The notes under the pieces are model-generated. The model had not been told where the DNA came from and searched no databases. It worked only from the letters and a program-made list of their open reading frames with translations. From Anaerolineae bacterium (lineage in GTDB: Bacteria > Chloroflexota > Anaerolineae > Epilineales > JAHCIE01), in the NCBI GenBank assembly GCA_046328535.1, contig JAXLWJ010000004.1:87800-151799 (forward strand): a stretch of DNA of 64,000 bases, written 5' to 3'. This document shows, piece after piece, positions 20,801 to 27,707 of the stretch. Position numbers and translations under genes: made by a program. How positions within the stretch are numbered: the first letter of the stretch is position 1; each line of letters begins with the position of its first letter.

Positions 20801-23800
20801 CCGTCCGTGTCCGCCCTGGTCGGATCGGTGCGGGATACGTAGACCTCGTCGCCGTCGGAGAGGCCGTCGCCGTCGGTGTCCCACTTCGTCGGGTCCGTCC
20901 CATACGTCGCCTCCTGTTTCTGGGTCAGCAGGTCGGCGTCCTTGTCCACGTTCCAGCCGTCGTAGGTGGTATTACCGACGGGGTCCTTGGCGTCCCAGTT
21001 CCACAGGCTGTCCACGTCGCCGGGCAGCACGTCGAAGGCGATGCTCTGGCGCGCGTTGGCAAAGTCCGTCGGGTCGTCGCTTTGCTGCGGGCCGCGGCTG
21101 TAGTTGGTGTCGGCGCTGCAATTGTAGAAGCCGAAGCCGACGCACTTCTGATAGGCCAGATTCGCCTCGACCTGCTGAAGGAACGGGATGAGGAGGTTGC
21201 GGCCCGGCGCCGTCACCTGGAAGCTCAGCTTCATGGTGTTGTGGCAGAGCTTCTTGCCGTTCGCGTCCACCGTGGCGTCGTCGTCGCAGTTCGTGCCGGG
21301 GACGGTGTTCGCGCCGTTGGTCACCGTCGTATTCTGGACGGTGAAGCCGGACGTGTAGGCCGGCGCCTGGCCGTTGTTGAAGACCGGATCGGTGTCAATC
21401 TCGGCGAACGCCCAACTATTCTTGACGTCGCCGAGGTTGCCCGCGCGGCCGTTGAACCAGGTGTTGCCCGCTTTGAACTGCCTGGTGTTGGTGTTGGCCG
21501 TCAGCGTGGTCGTCGTCGCCGTGGTCATGGCGATCTGCGAGCCGCTGACGATGCCGGTGTTCGAGATGGCGCTGGACTGGCTCACGGTCATGTTGGGCGA
21601 GCCGGCGCTCACGTCCGGCTGGTTGACGAATAAGTCCACGAACAGGACGACCTTGGCGAGCCACTCGGTGAGCTTGCTGTAGGCGTCGAGCGGGTTCCAG
21701 TCGCCGGTGATCGCGCCGACGATGATGTACAGGATCAGGAATAACAGCAGGCCGATGAGCGCGCCGGGTCCCGTACTGAAGATGACGCCGATGATGGTGT
21801 CAATGATGAACTGGAACACCGTCAAGAGGGTCGTGGCGATGGCCTGGGCGAGGAGCGAATCGCGCGCCACACCGGACAGCCCACTGGCGGCCGTCGCGTA
21901 CATGGACCAGGTCGTGATGATGAGAATCGCGCTCACGGCGACGCCGATGACGAAGCCCGAGGTCTTCCAGTACTTAGACTCAGCCTCCACCCGCTCTGTG
22001 ATGCCGGTGATGCCCTCCTCCGATTCGGCGCTTTCCTTGTTGACAATCCCAATGGCGACCAGCCGGCGCTCGTCGGCCCCCGACCAGCCCCCAAAGGCCT
22101 CAGACCAGGCTTCCTGGACGCCATACTTCAAGGCGCGGAGGCGAGTCGGGATGGGCGGCCCTGTGCGCGCGAAAATCGCTTCCCCCGCTTCGTCCTCCCC
22201 CGCCACCTCGAGCGTCGGGAGGCGCCAGACCGAGTAGACGCGCACGACTGTGCTAAAGAACTTGAACACAGGCGCGCCGATGAGGATGGCGACGCGAGAG
22301 TAGAACTGCGATGAGCCGATGGCGCTGTTCCAGGCGCGGAACGCCTCCAGCGTCCCCTTGTTCTGGAGATTGGTGACGAGCGAGTCGAGCTGGTACGCCA
22401 GGCGCACGTACTGGGGCATCGTCGTCGCCGCGGCGGCCGGGCGGTTGAAGTCGAGGAAGGCGGCCGGGTCGGCGTTCGCGGCAGCGTAGGGCAGGAGCTG
22501 CCCATCCATGCTCATCACCCGCGACCGGCCGGTGTAGTAGGAACTGAAGAGGAGTAGCGCCAGGCCGCGATACTGGTCCTGGTCGTTGGCGGGGTAGCGC
22601 CGCGCCATCTCGGCCTGCACCTGGCTCAGGTTCAGCGTCTGCCAGCGCGGCTGCCCGGACACGGCGTCCGTGGCGCACGTGTACTGGCCGAGCTGCACGC
22701 GGCGCATCACCAATGAGGGGGCGTTGCCGAGGGGGAAGCTGAAGCCGATGCCGGCCGCGCTGATGACGCTCGGATCGCCGTTCTTGATGGTCACCAGGGG
22801 GCTGCTCGCCTCGAGGTTGCTGCTCGTCTCCTGGTAGGCCAGCGCGAGGGTCGGCGTCAGGGCGGCGGTAGTGGTCGCGGCGCAGACCCCGTAGTTGTCG
22901 TTGAGCAGCTTGGCCGTCGTGGTCATGTTCGTCGTCGCCAGCGCCTCGTCGCGGCTGCCATAGGTGGCGTAGCTCAGGGCGATCTGCGACGGGTCGAGGC
23001 CCCACGTCGGCGTGTAAGGCGCGCTCGCGCCGCTGGCTTTGAAATTCTGGACGATGGTCGGCAGGTCCGGGTTCTGGTAGCCCAGGAAGCTCGGCGCCAG
23101 GCCCGACATGACGTTCATCATCTGCCGCGCTTCATCGTTGACATTGGGCGTCGGCAGCTCGGGCGCTTTCGGCGCGCCAAACTGGGCGACCCCCACGTTG
23201 CTGGTGGCGGACACGGCGAGGCCGGTGACGCGGAACAGGTCCTCGTAGTACGTGGCGACGATGGACTGCTCGGTGGCGACGCTGCAATTGCTGCTGTCCT
23301 GCGCGCCGTTGGGGTCCTTGCAGTTCGCCCAGCTATCCAGGCTCGCCTGAGTCATCCACTGGATGCGGCCGTTCGTCAGATCGAGGCCCTGGCCCACCTC
23401 GGCCGAGGTGAAGGCCAGCCGCGCGCCAAACGCGCTCACCCCGCCGCCGCTGCCGACAGCGGTGAGCGGGACGAGCAGCGTGAAGCTCGCCTTGTCGGTG
23501 GCCGTGATGGCGGCGATGCCGTACTGCGCGCCGAGGCTTGGCTTGACCGGGCTGCTGATTTCCAGCACGGGAATCAGCAGCACGTCCTGAACCGACTTGT
23601 CTAGGTCCTTGATCTGACCCTGGTTGTCGTCCGGCCAGTCCATGTAGCTGAGACCGTAGCGCAGGTGGGCCGTGTTCTTCGGCTGCACCTGAGCATCAAT
23701 ATAGACCACGCTGTTGGTTATCGGCCCGCCGATCTCGATGTCCAGCGCGGGACGATACGGCGGAATGATGAATTTGGTGGGATCGCTGGGGTTGGGGATG

Positions 23801-25416
23801 CCATAGGGCGTCAGGTCGTCGCTGTTGGGGACGCCGTCACCGTCAATGTCGGCGTCCCACAGGTCGGGGATGCCGTCGCCGTCGGTGTCCTGGCACACCA
23901 GCTTGCCGCTGCTGTCCACGGAACACGCGCCGCCGTCGCTGATGCCGTCGTGGTTGGTGTCGGCCTCCAGCGGGTCGAGCAGCCACTTGTGGCCCTGGGC
24001 GTCGGTGTAGCCGCCGACTTCGAGGGTGTCCGTAATCGTGTCGCCGTCCGTGTCCGCCTGCTTGAAGTCCGTGCCGAGGCACCACTCCGTCGCATTCGAC
24101 AGCCCGTCGTTGTCATCGTCCCCGTTGGGGTCAATGCCCTGGTCGGCGTACAGCACGCGGCAGTCGCGCAGGTCGGCCGTGGGCGTCACGCCGGCCGCGG
24201 CGGGTCGCTGCGGCGTAGTGGGCTGCTGGCCCCAGATCTCGCGGGCGATCTGCTGTGCGAGCTTATCCGGGCCCTGCTCCGGCGCGGCGGTTGCGCCGAT
24301 CGTGGACAGGGCCGTGTCGAGGGTGGCGGCGCTGGCGGCGCGCGTCTTGAACCGCGCGAAGATGTCCGCGTTGAGCAGCGGCGTGCTCAGCATGGAGACG
24401 ATGGTGACGCCCACGATGGCCGTGTACAGGCGGCGGAAGCGGCGCGGCCGCACCAGCGCCAGGACGAACAGGGCGAAGAACAGCGCGACGGCCAGCCCCA
24501 GGCCGATGGACAGGGCTTCGGGGTTGAGGACGGCCTGGAGGTGGGCCAACGCGGCGGTTGACGCAGCGCCGGGCGCGGGCGCGGCCGGGGGCTGCGCCAC
24601 CGTCAGGACGCCGTTCGGGCCGGGCGTGGGGGCGATGATGGGCGGCACGGCGTCGCCAAAACGCGAGAAGTCCACACTCATGCGCGCCTGAGTCGCGGGC
24701 TGGCCCGCGACGGCGGGGAAGCTCAGGTCAATGGTCTGCCGCCGCGCGCGGCCGTCGCCGTCCACCCACAGCTCGCCCTTGCCGGTCATGCCCTCGTAGC
24801 GTGGGCTGCGCGCGAGCTGGACGCCCTGGGGCAGCTGCCCGTCGAGCTGGCGCTGCATGCGCTGGCGCAGGGCCTCGGCGTAGAGCGGGCCGTCAATGTC
24901 GAACGTGTAGCGCTCCAGGTTGCCGGCGGCCGTTTTGACGGCATCGCCCTTCGCCACGTTCGTCACCGCCGCCAGGTAGCCGAGGTAGTCGCCACTCGGC
25001 GCGCCGCCCAGGGACGATTCATCCATGCGCTGCCAGCGGTCGGCCAGGCCGATGTAGGTCTGGCCGGCGACCACGCGCAGCTCGACGCTCGGCGCCTGGG
25101 GCCGGCTGGCGAACACCAGCCGCGTGTCGGGCTGGCCGCCGGAGCCGGCATAGACGACGTCGCCTTCGACACGGAGGGTACTGTCGCCCGCCCCGTTGCT
25201 GACGGCGACCGACGCGCCTGGGGTCAGCGCGGTCTGCTGAACGTCGGCGGTCAGGTGGAAGCTGCCGGCGGCGCGTGTGCGCGCCAGGGCATCGGCGACG
25301 GCCGACGCCGGGGTCGCGTGGCCGGCGGAGAGCAGGCGGTAGCCGCCGAGCATGCCAAAGACAGGCAGGAGGAGCAGGGCGACCAGCAGGACGAGGCGGC
25401 GGCTGACAACTGACAT
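11812..25416 (-). CDS. Giant modular surface protein, paralog 1 (4534 aa, intact)
   Basis: Single uninterrupted ORF. N-terminal signal/anchor and a conserved ~270-aa N-domain. TM hairpin (LGLAVALFFALFVLALV-RPRRFRR-IVGVTIVSML). TSP3 repeats (DTDGDGIPD, DTDGDGLSDGDE). Internal conserved hydrophobic block with a GDWNPL motif. 7 FG-GAP repeats (GDVNGDGLSDFLVGDP...). Three beta-helix modules, each opening with a D/YxxYCxxCxNxGxxWxxxAFxxIQxA motif. Ig-like domains and a C-terminal CBM9/DOMON-like module. RBS GGAG 8 nt upstream of ATG 25414-25416. Confidence 0.9.
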   Translation of the reverse strand: MSVVSRRLVLLVALLLLPVFGMLGGYRLLSAGHATPASAVADALARTRAAGSFHLTADVQQTALTPGASVAVSNGAGDSTLRVEGDVVYAGSGGQPDTRLVFASRPQAPSVELRVVAGQTYIGLADRWQRMDESSLGGAPSGDYLGYLAAVTNVAKGDAVKTAAGNLERYTFDIDGPLYAEALRQRMQRQLDGQLPQGVQLARSPRYEGMTGKGELWVDGDGRARRQTIDLSFPAVAGQPATQARMSVDFSRFGDAVPPIIAPTPGPNGVLTVAQPPAAPAPGAASTAALAHLQAVLNPEALSIGLGLAVALFFALFVLALVRPRRFRRLYTAIVGVTIVSMLSTPLLNADIFARFKTRAASAATLDTALSTIGATAAPEQGPDKLAQQIAREIWGQQPTTPQRPAAAGVTPTADLRDCRVLYADQGIDPNGDDDNDGLSNATEWCLGTDFKQADTDGDTITDTLEVGGYTDAQGHKWLLDPLEADTNHDGISDGGACSVDSSGKLVCQDTDGDGIPDLWDADIDGDGVPNSDDLTPYGIPNPSDPTKFIIPPYRPALDIEIGGPITNSVVYIDAQVQPKNTAHLRYGLSYMDWPDDNQGQIKDLDKSVQDVLLIPVLEISSPVKPSLGAQYGIAAITATDKASFTLLVPLTAVGSGGGVSAFGARLAFTSAEVGQGLDLTNGRIQWMTQASLDSWANCKDPNGAQDSSNCSVATEQSIVATYYEDLFRVTGLAVSATSNVGVAQFGAPKAPELPTPNVNDEARQMMNVMSGLAPSFLGYQNPDLPTIVQNFKASGASAPYTPTWGLDPSQIALSYATYGSRDEALATTNMTTTAKLLNDNYGVCAATTTAALTPTLALAYQETSSNLEASSPLVTIKNGDPSVISAAGIGFSFPLGNAPSLVMRRVQLGQYTCATDAVSGQPRWQTLNLSQVQAEMARRYPANDQDQYRGLALLLFSSYYTGRSRVMSMDGQLLPYAAANADPAAFLDFNRPAAAATTMPQYVRLAYQLDSLVTNLQNKGTLEAFRAWNSAIGSSQFYSRVAILIGAPVFKFFSTVVRVYSVWRLPTLEVAGEDEAGEAIFARTGPPIPTRLRALKYGVQEAWSEAFGGWSGADERRLVAIGIVNKESAESEEGITGITERVEAESKYWKTSGFVIGVAVSAILIITTWSMYATAASGLSGVARDSLLAQAIATTLLTVFQFIIDTIIGVIFSTGPGALIGLLLFLILYIIVGAITGDWNPLDAYSKLTEWLAKVVLFVDLFVNQPDVSAGSPNMTVSQSSAISNTGIVSGSQIAMTTATTTTLTANTNTRQFKAGNTWFNGRAGNLGDVKNSWAFAEIDTDPVFNNGQAPAYTSGFTVQNTTVTNGANTVPGTNCDDDATVDANGKKLCHNTMKLSFQVTAPGRNLLIPFLQQVEANLAYQKCVGFGFYNCSADTNYSRGPQQSDDPTDFANARQSIAFDVLPGDVDSLWNWDAKDPVGNTTYDGWNVDKDADLLTQKQEATYGTDPTKWDTDGDGLSDGDEVYVSRTDPTRADTDGDGLTDRQEIELGTDPLNADTDGDGLPDGQEVCHLQADGTLAGGWDVRLDNGGVYHVCSDPNKADEDGDGLTDAQEKQAGASPWSPNTAPNLVFNVTPSVVHNGSIYSVLKPGDPLQVELNLRNTTVAPLNGSMTLGYDAASLGALAVSGQTGSTGYTPPTPGAGAGRLTWNFSQGPLLTAEAMTSTIKGGAQSGLTASARATLLATVPYSDTIARAQKVITATQQVLIDADQPSSTVAAPEASQAIKGKSFVIGGTATDPTSWPVKMELRVTGTGYINGQGQAYDSGWQTAGGVETWTYTWPLPADGAYGIQTRATDYVGNVETPAAATQVVVDNTAPTAAFTNVQDGQALSDVRFNTFTIEGSASDLASGAPQVSGVSVVQLSIDRRPWRNVGEFPTTRPQTATWKYNWQFDASMYGSHTLAVRAVDAVGNIGAAKRITVLVDNLPPTDIWSNAVDQVSTSAPFTFEGHADDTGNVPLPARPQPLAGGVASASIDPIQKATVWLMPNGPTEDITKTVTWLGDVDGDGRADFAVGTPASAVDGRANAGRVSILYGKAGGWAVKPDAQALADAPSSLVGTTGAGLGQYVAPAGDVNGDGLSDFLVGDPLNNQVYLVFGRVGAMGQVDPTRLVSAAEKTRGKIFTVNSGQVGRWLAAAGDVNGDGFDDILIGVTDLPGGKGEVYLVLGSNPATGPLGQAQSFALDGLTGTRPILGGAFATDGAGAAAVGVGDLNNDQYADFVIADPNNSAGGGPAVYVFLGGPAYAAKRVAAPASLKTAASGSFSGPAGVGSQVVPLGDVNGDGLPDFAYNDGATPHVAYGRASGWKPALAPDVTFSGYTPAPNGLIAGVGDVDNDGKNDLLLGTLSGRAYLVLGRADLATNQPVQAQLSNVGAAASAPFAAGADVNCDRSSDLLIVPLGAQTAAKTAETRETKRAMRRELDLGPAAAPVPLGKLPTSESGGWSEGGRTTRSAAPTLKALAPTAAPVTRFVDDDYCATCGNDGHAWGTTAFATIQAALDAAASGDTILVGPGAYAPAVVHGGKDYVTIQGVNPDAVFIDANGGVGVQVFPPSDQTPSAPGILGVTIQGLTIRDAQTGVQIAFGGTPGATDLNAQIITIRQVVFSLDRPGSIGVDSRTSSVDVNHNTFVSNSSSVVGVKHTSAVAQGIFIRNNLFAALPNAAPLPRVWEDNGVGTVADINHNGYASANGAAGDWLSAPPGVASTAMTLVQAAFYSAPQGVFRLLAASAARGKANGGADLGYYQYRGTVYVDPGYCEKCANSGHTWNVAAFADVQSAIASGAQRVLVNPGLYRQSVYLVNGVRVFGSGAALTVIAPPQNASGAVVGAEGVRAASLALISLTGDSRVDGVKIDAGGAISVTRSIVRNTKTAVGVDGANGGAKALLVNTTIVANDNGIAATNNGNIDVRNTVFAFNNGAALSYQSAATTALHTFNGFWRNGPPGQPQDLMIDGVVQNSPGPGEVFADPRFVAPSQQDYRPQADSPLVDAGDPGDPSPPGAGLRVDIGYAQSAQAAVYVSQSYCAQCLNDGLEWQVDAFNTIGDGIAHVPPIPGVWTVGVAANADPTQPYQENVTLRSGVRLVGSGADQTIIDAGGSGAALSLNGVTNVEVTGFTVQNAGSGSGAGGLVVTGASNAITVTHNVFQANNGLAAGFDGASSGVFAFNTIANNTGAALTVAGQNTWLQTRFNIFADNGSGVAAGGGAQVFDSYNLFYQNGSSNTSGFTPDPTDLVSVDPQFNNPDPNGPPDYSLQLTSPAVNRIPAAIFQPVPLGGGGQADLGYKELLATPVTLLFGKQGATCAAGAAGVASVQVGVTKVGDPSQPPSSTLPTTWTPATLASAGQAGSYWSLPYNGFQGDGLYRLYTRPADASGNTISGTATFRASFIGDGTPPTTGLITPTTGLQSSAPVLPLQASVSDVVPVGSASQWNVARVYFLVDGQVVTATRALGAPQYNAAVPLADGTHSVQAVAVDGAGNVGQSAPSSVTIATTRNEAALLSPTPGAAVVSGTLTLAGAVHFAATDGQGQVEVLVDGVSQGKATLANPTAQATRWSAPITLSADGSHSITLRASRTAGSSAPGDTVLTLIKDSAAPTVTIVPPTGVITSALTLAGTTGDATSGVVLVEGSADGGKTWTAATLTANTWTWAYTVPSGADSASFPARIRATDRAGNATVQPVVFVADNLGPTPFQAQLQPSPGAHLTAPASVGLTWPPLTDGSGQVSVIAVVDQTSDTNPTTGDAVTGASYTAQLTSAGTWYVHLAARDRVGNTTVRHFGPWLVGASGGGAAKDADGAWQSSIQVNGFMDVARGEWKLASERLDVDPRPTQSQGLWASFDATNLYIGWRGAAWGVNGVGYIYLDTRAGGTTQLWASAPQAQTLPFNADFAVALRGSGNAVYHWTGRAWEQHDFGAARTGAEGDTEIALPWRDLGVALPAVDVRMLAFNDAGGRVASVFPTAQSVLGPWTSAYHWTSITPTTAPNAGQPQGRHVTLSVQNPRGSSRILGPNSAAPWSLSLTNVDRVPVTDLTLEITASDGATLQSIHGLPPQAPASRWLIPLGNLAPGPQTPITVTAGLGANVAGIKAVTVTAAVKSATASGDVSLAQSSATRAVDNQPPRVAIALPVGATMRSGRQTVTGTASDQTGLGFVEVRVNDGPWVVTPSQVGGIFTNLGWQVGIDVPASGEFVVQARGHDIFGQVSAPVSATVTVDNTPPQATVALDDFAALKGRIATISGSAYDPAPLSVRGGIERVEVAIDGGPWQVVAGPYLPVGLLPRPGAPRVWRYNWPLPTEEGVQHTIRARATDAAGNVSAPSAPVTVTVDSIAPVSDIVYPRPGATVPQACQGLAPDQILAWGYATDGWGIAQAQVSVDGGQTWTDATTGAAAAALLAGALCPDDAKADTTGGAGTLWAATVSAPRGAVALRSRAIDKAGNVEALKTPLRVQSLTTPGQKSYSLYFPYVARDSVGLGHGQAVEVDGQGARGARRP

Positions 25417-25468
25417 CGGCGTGTCTCCTTCAAAAAGACCTGGCGCTAACGCATCTCAAGACGTGGCT

Positions 25469-25525
25469 CAGTATAACCGTCACGCGTGACAAGCCCGTTT
25501 CAACGGCGCGCGCCACGCGTGACAG
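25469..25525 (-). promoter_or_regulatory. Conserved ~57-bp upstream motif (copy-1 instance), putative promoter/operator shared with the stand-alone module gene
   Basis: About 80% identical to 58580-58637. Contains TGTCACGC direct repeats about 33 bp apart and a TATACT/TATGCT -10-like box downstream in gene orientation. Lies 50-110 bp upstream of the copy-1 start. Confidence 0.45.
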
Positions 25526-25651
25526 ATGCGGACTTTATCTGGTCATCCCCTCCAATAAGAAAGGTTGGTGGTTCATAACGTCTTCCCGCCACTCGTCAGT
25601 CCTCAACTTCCGTGCCTCACGTAATACGTAGGCATATTATGTTGCAATTTG

Positions 25652-25680
25652 TTGCAAATTTTGCATATTTCGTGTAGAAT
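25652..25680 (+). promoter_or_regulatory. Sigma70-type promoter of the AbiL-like operon (TTGCAA-17 bp-TAGAAT); SD GGAGG at 25698-25702
   Basis: Read directly from sequence. AT-rich 190-bp block with a gttgcaa/ttgcaa/ttgcat triple repeat. Canonical hexamers and spacing are unusual for this genome, where other genes lack clear SD or sigma70 boxes. Confidence 0.5.
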
Positions 25681-25709
25681 ATGCCTTAGATTTATGCGGA
25701 GGTATAGCC

Positions 25710-27029
25710 ATGCTCATCGAATTCCAGGTCGCCAACTATAGATCCTTCAAGGAGCGCCAGGTTCTGAGCATGGTTGCCAGCGCCGATCGCTCCCTACCGG
25801 CCAACACATTCGACGTTGCAGGCTTCGGTAAGCGCCGGCTGCTTAAGACCGCTGTGGTATACGGGGCTAACGCGTCGGGGAAGAGCAACTTAATCAACGC
25901 CATAGGATTCGCGAGGGCTTTCATTCAGTCCTCGGCCAATAGAAGGGCAGATGCCGAGATTCGAGTCTCACCATTTCAGTTCGCAGCCGAGACCCGGTCT
26001 GCTCCCTCTGAGTTCGAGTTTAACATCCTGATTGACGGCGTACGCTATCAGTATGGTTTCGCCGTGGATCGCCGCCGGGTACATAGGGAGTGGCTCTTCG
26101 CATATCCTCGTGGCCTGCCCCAGAAGTGGTTCCAGCGTGATTCGCCATCTCCTGACGAAACGGAGTGGTCCTGGGGCGCGCACCTGAAAGGTGACAAGCA
26201 ACGCCTTGCCCGGCTTACACGACCTGACATGCTCTTCCTCTCACAGGCAGCAAATCTTGAGCATGAGCAGTTGGCGCACGTTCACGGCTGGTTTGGCGAC
26301 GAGCTGGGAGTTGTGGATGAAGGCCCAAATGACGCCCCAATGGAGCTTTTCACCTCTCGTGTCCTCATGGAGGATGACCATCTGCAACATGGTGTGGCGG
26401 ATTTGCTGCGCCTGGCCGACCTGGGTATTGATGGTTTTTCCATCAAGCCCGTGAACAGGTCTGACATCACGTTTGACGCTGAAATGCCCGAGGGGCTGAG
26501 AAACGCTCTGGCTGAACTGGTGAAGCAGATGGAGGTCGTGACAGATAGCAGCGATCCCCTACGATTCAACATCACGATGCGGCACAAACTGAAGGGGACA
26601 GATAACGATGTCTATCTGGACTTGGATGACGAATCGCTGGGGACACGTCGTTTGTTCACGCTCAGCGGGCCGCTCTTCCAGACACTCCATCACGGTGGGC
26701 CTCTAGTTGTGGATGAACTGGACAGCAGCCTTCACCCCATCCTGGTGCGGGAGCTTATCCGAATGTTCCACAACCCTGCTACTAATCCTAACAATGCTCA
26801 GCTCATCTTCAACACCCACGATACCACCCTACTCGACCTCGACCTCTTTCGCCGCGATCAAATCTGGTTCGTGGAGAAGGACAGCGCTGGCGCCTCACAC
26901 CTCTACCAGCTGCTAGAATTCAGCCCACGCAAGGGCGAAGCCCTTCAGAAGGGCTACCTCGCCGGCCGCTACGGCGCTATTCCCTTCATAGGCACTCCTG
27001 CGTGGGGCATCGGTCACAATGGGGAATAG
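25710..27029 (+). CDS. AAA_21/ABC-type ATPase, AbiLi/RloC-less OLD-family-like ATPase partner of RloB
   Basis: 439 aa. Walker A GANASGKSN and a D-loop/Walker-B LVVDELDSSLHP characteristic of AAA_21 (pfam13304-type) ATPases. Lower GC than its surroundings. Confidence 0.85.
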   Translation: MLIEFQVANYRSFKERQVLSMVASADRSLPANTFDVAGFGKRRLLKTAVVYGANASGKSNLINAIGFARAFIQSSANRRADAEIRVSPFQFAAETRSAPSEFEFNILIDGVRYQYGFAVDRRRVHREWLFAYPRGLPQKWFQRDSPSPDETEWSWGAHLKGDKQRLARLTRPDMLFLSQAANLEHEQLAHVHGWFGDELGVVDEGPNDAPMELFTSRVLMEDDHLQHGVADLLRLADLGIDGFSIKPVNRSDITFDAEMPEGLRNALAELVKQMEVVTDSSDPLRFNITMRHKLKGTDNDVYLDLDDESLGTRRLFTLSGPLFQTLHHGGPLVVDELDSSLHPILVRELIRMFHNPATNPNNAQLIFNTHDTTLLDLDLFRRDQIWFVEKDSAGASHLYQLLEFSPRKGEALQKGYLAGRYGAIPFIGTPAWGIGHNGE

Positions 27030-27678
27030 CCGCAAAACCCGAAACCGGTCAAGCCGGGGCGACGAGTCAGTCTCGTACACTCGCCCCGGCTACCCCAGCT
27101 TTTCCGATGAGCGCATTTTCATCGTGTGTGAAGGCTCGGTTACGGAGCCGCAGTACTTCCTCGGGCTGCGTCGGTCATGTGACCTGCGCGCGTATCAGGT
27201 CCAGGTCGAAGTAGATGTCCCTAACCCCGTCAAGCTCGTGCAGATTGCACAGAGAGCAGCCCGTTCGCGTCGTGGGCGAACGATAGAATTCAGCCAGGTA
27301 TGGTGCGTCGTGGACGTCGAAGGCCCTGCTCCCACCGCGGAGTTCCATCGGGCCGTTGCGGTTGCCCGAGAGCATAACCTTCACCTTGCCGTCTCCAATC
27401 CATGTTTCGAGTACTGGTATCTGCTCCATTTCCGGGAGACCGATCAGCCGTTCCACAATGCTGAGGAGGTCATCCGCGCCCTTAGGGAACAGAACTGCTT
27501 TCCTGCCTACGACAAAAACTGCAACGCTTTCGAGGCTCTGGCCGACCGCACCGACCTCGCTATCGAACGCGCTGAACGCCTCCTCAAACGCCACGTCGGC
27601 GCCGAAGACTTTCCCAACCCCTCGACCACCGTCTTTCGCCTCGTTCGCAAAATCCAAGACATGTCGAGCGGTCTGTAA
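27019..27678 (+). CDS. RloB-like protein (AbiLii-type partner)
   Basis: 219 aa. IFIVCEGSVTEPQYF (CEG-x-TE-x-YF) and NPCFEYWYLLHF motifs typical of the RloB family. 11-bp overlap with the ATPase gene suggests translational coupling. Confidence 0.8.
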   Translation: MGNSRKTRNRSSRGDESVSYTRPGYPSFSDERIFIVCEGSVTEPQYFLGLRRSCDLRAYQVQVEVDVPNPVKLVQIAQRAARSRRGRTIEFSQVWCVVDVEGPAPTAEFHRAVAVAREHNLHLAVSNPCFEYWYLLHFRETDQPFHNAEEVIRALREQNCFPAYDKNCNAFEALADRTDLAIERAERLLKRHVGAEDFPNPSTTVFRLVRKIQDMSSGL

Positions 27679-27707
27679 TCCGCGAGCTTCAACACCCGTT
27701 CCATCCA

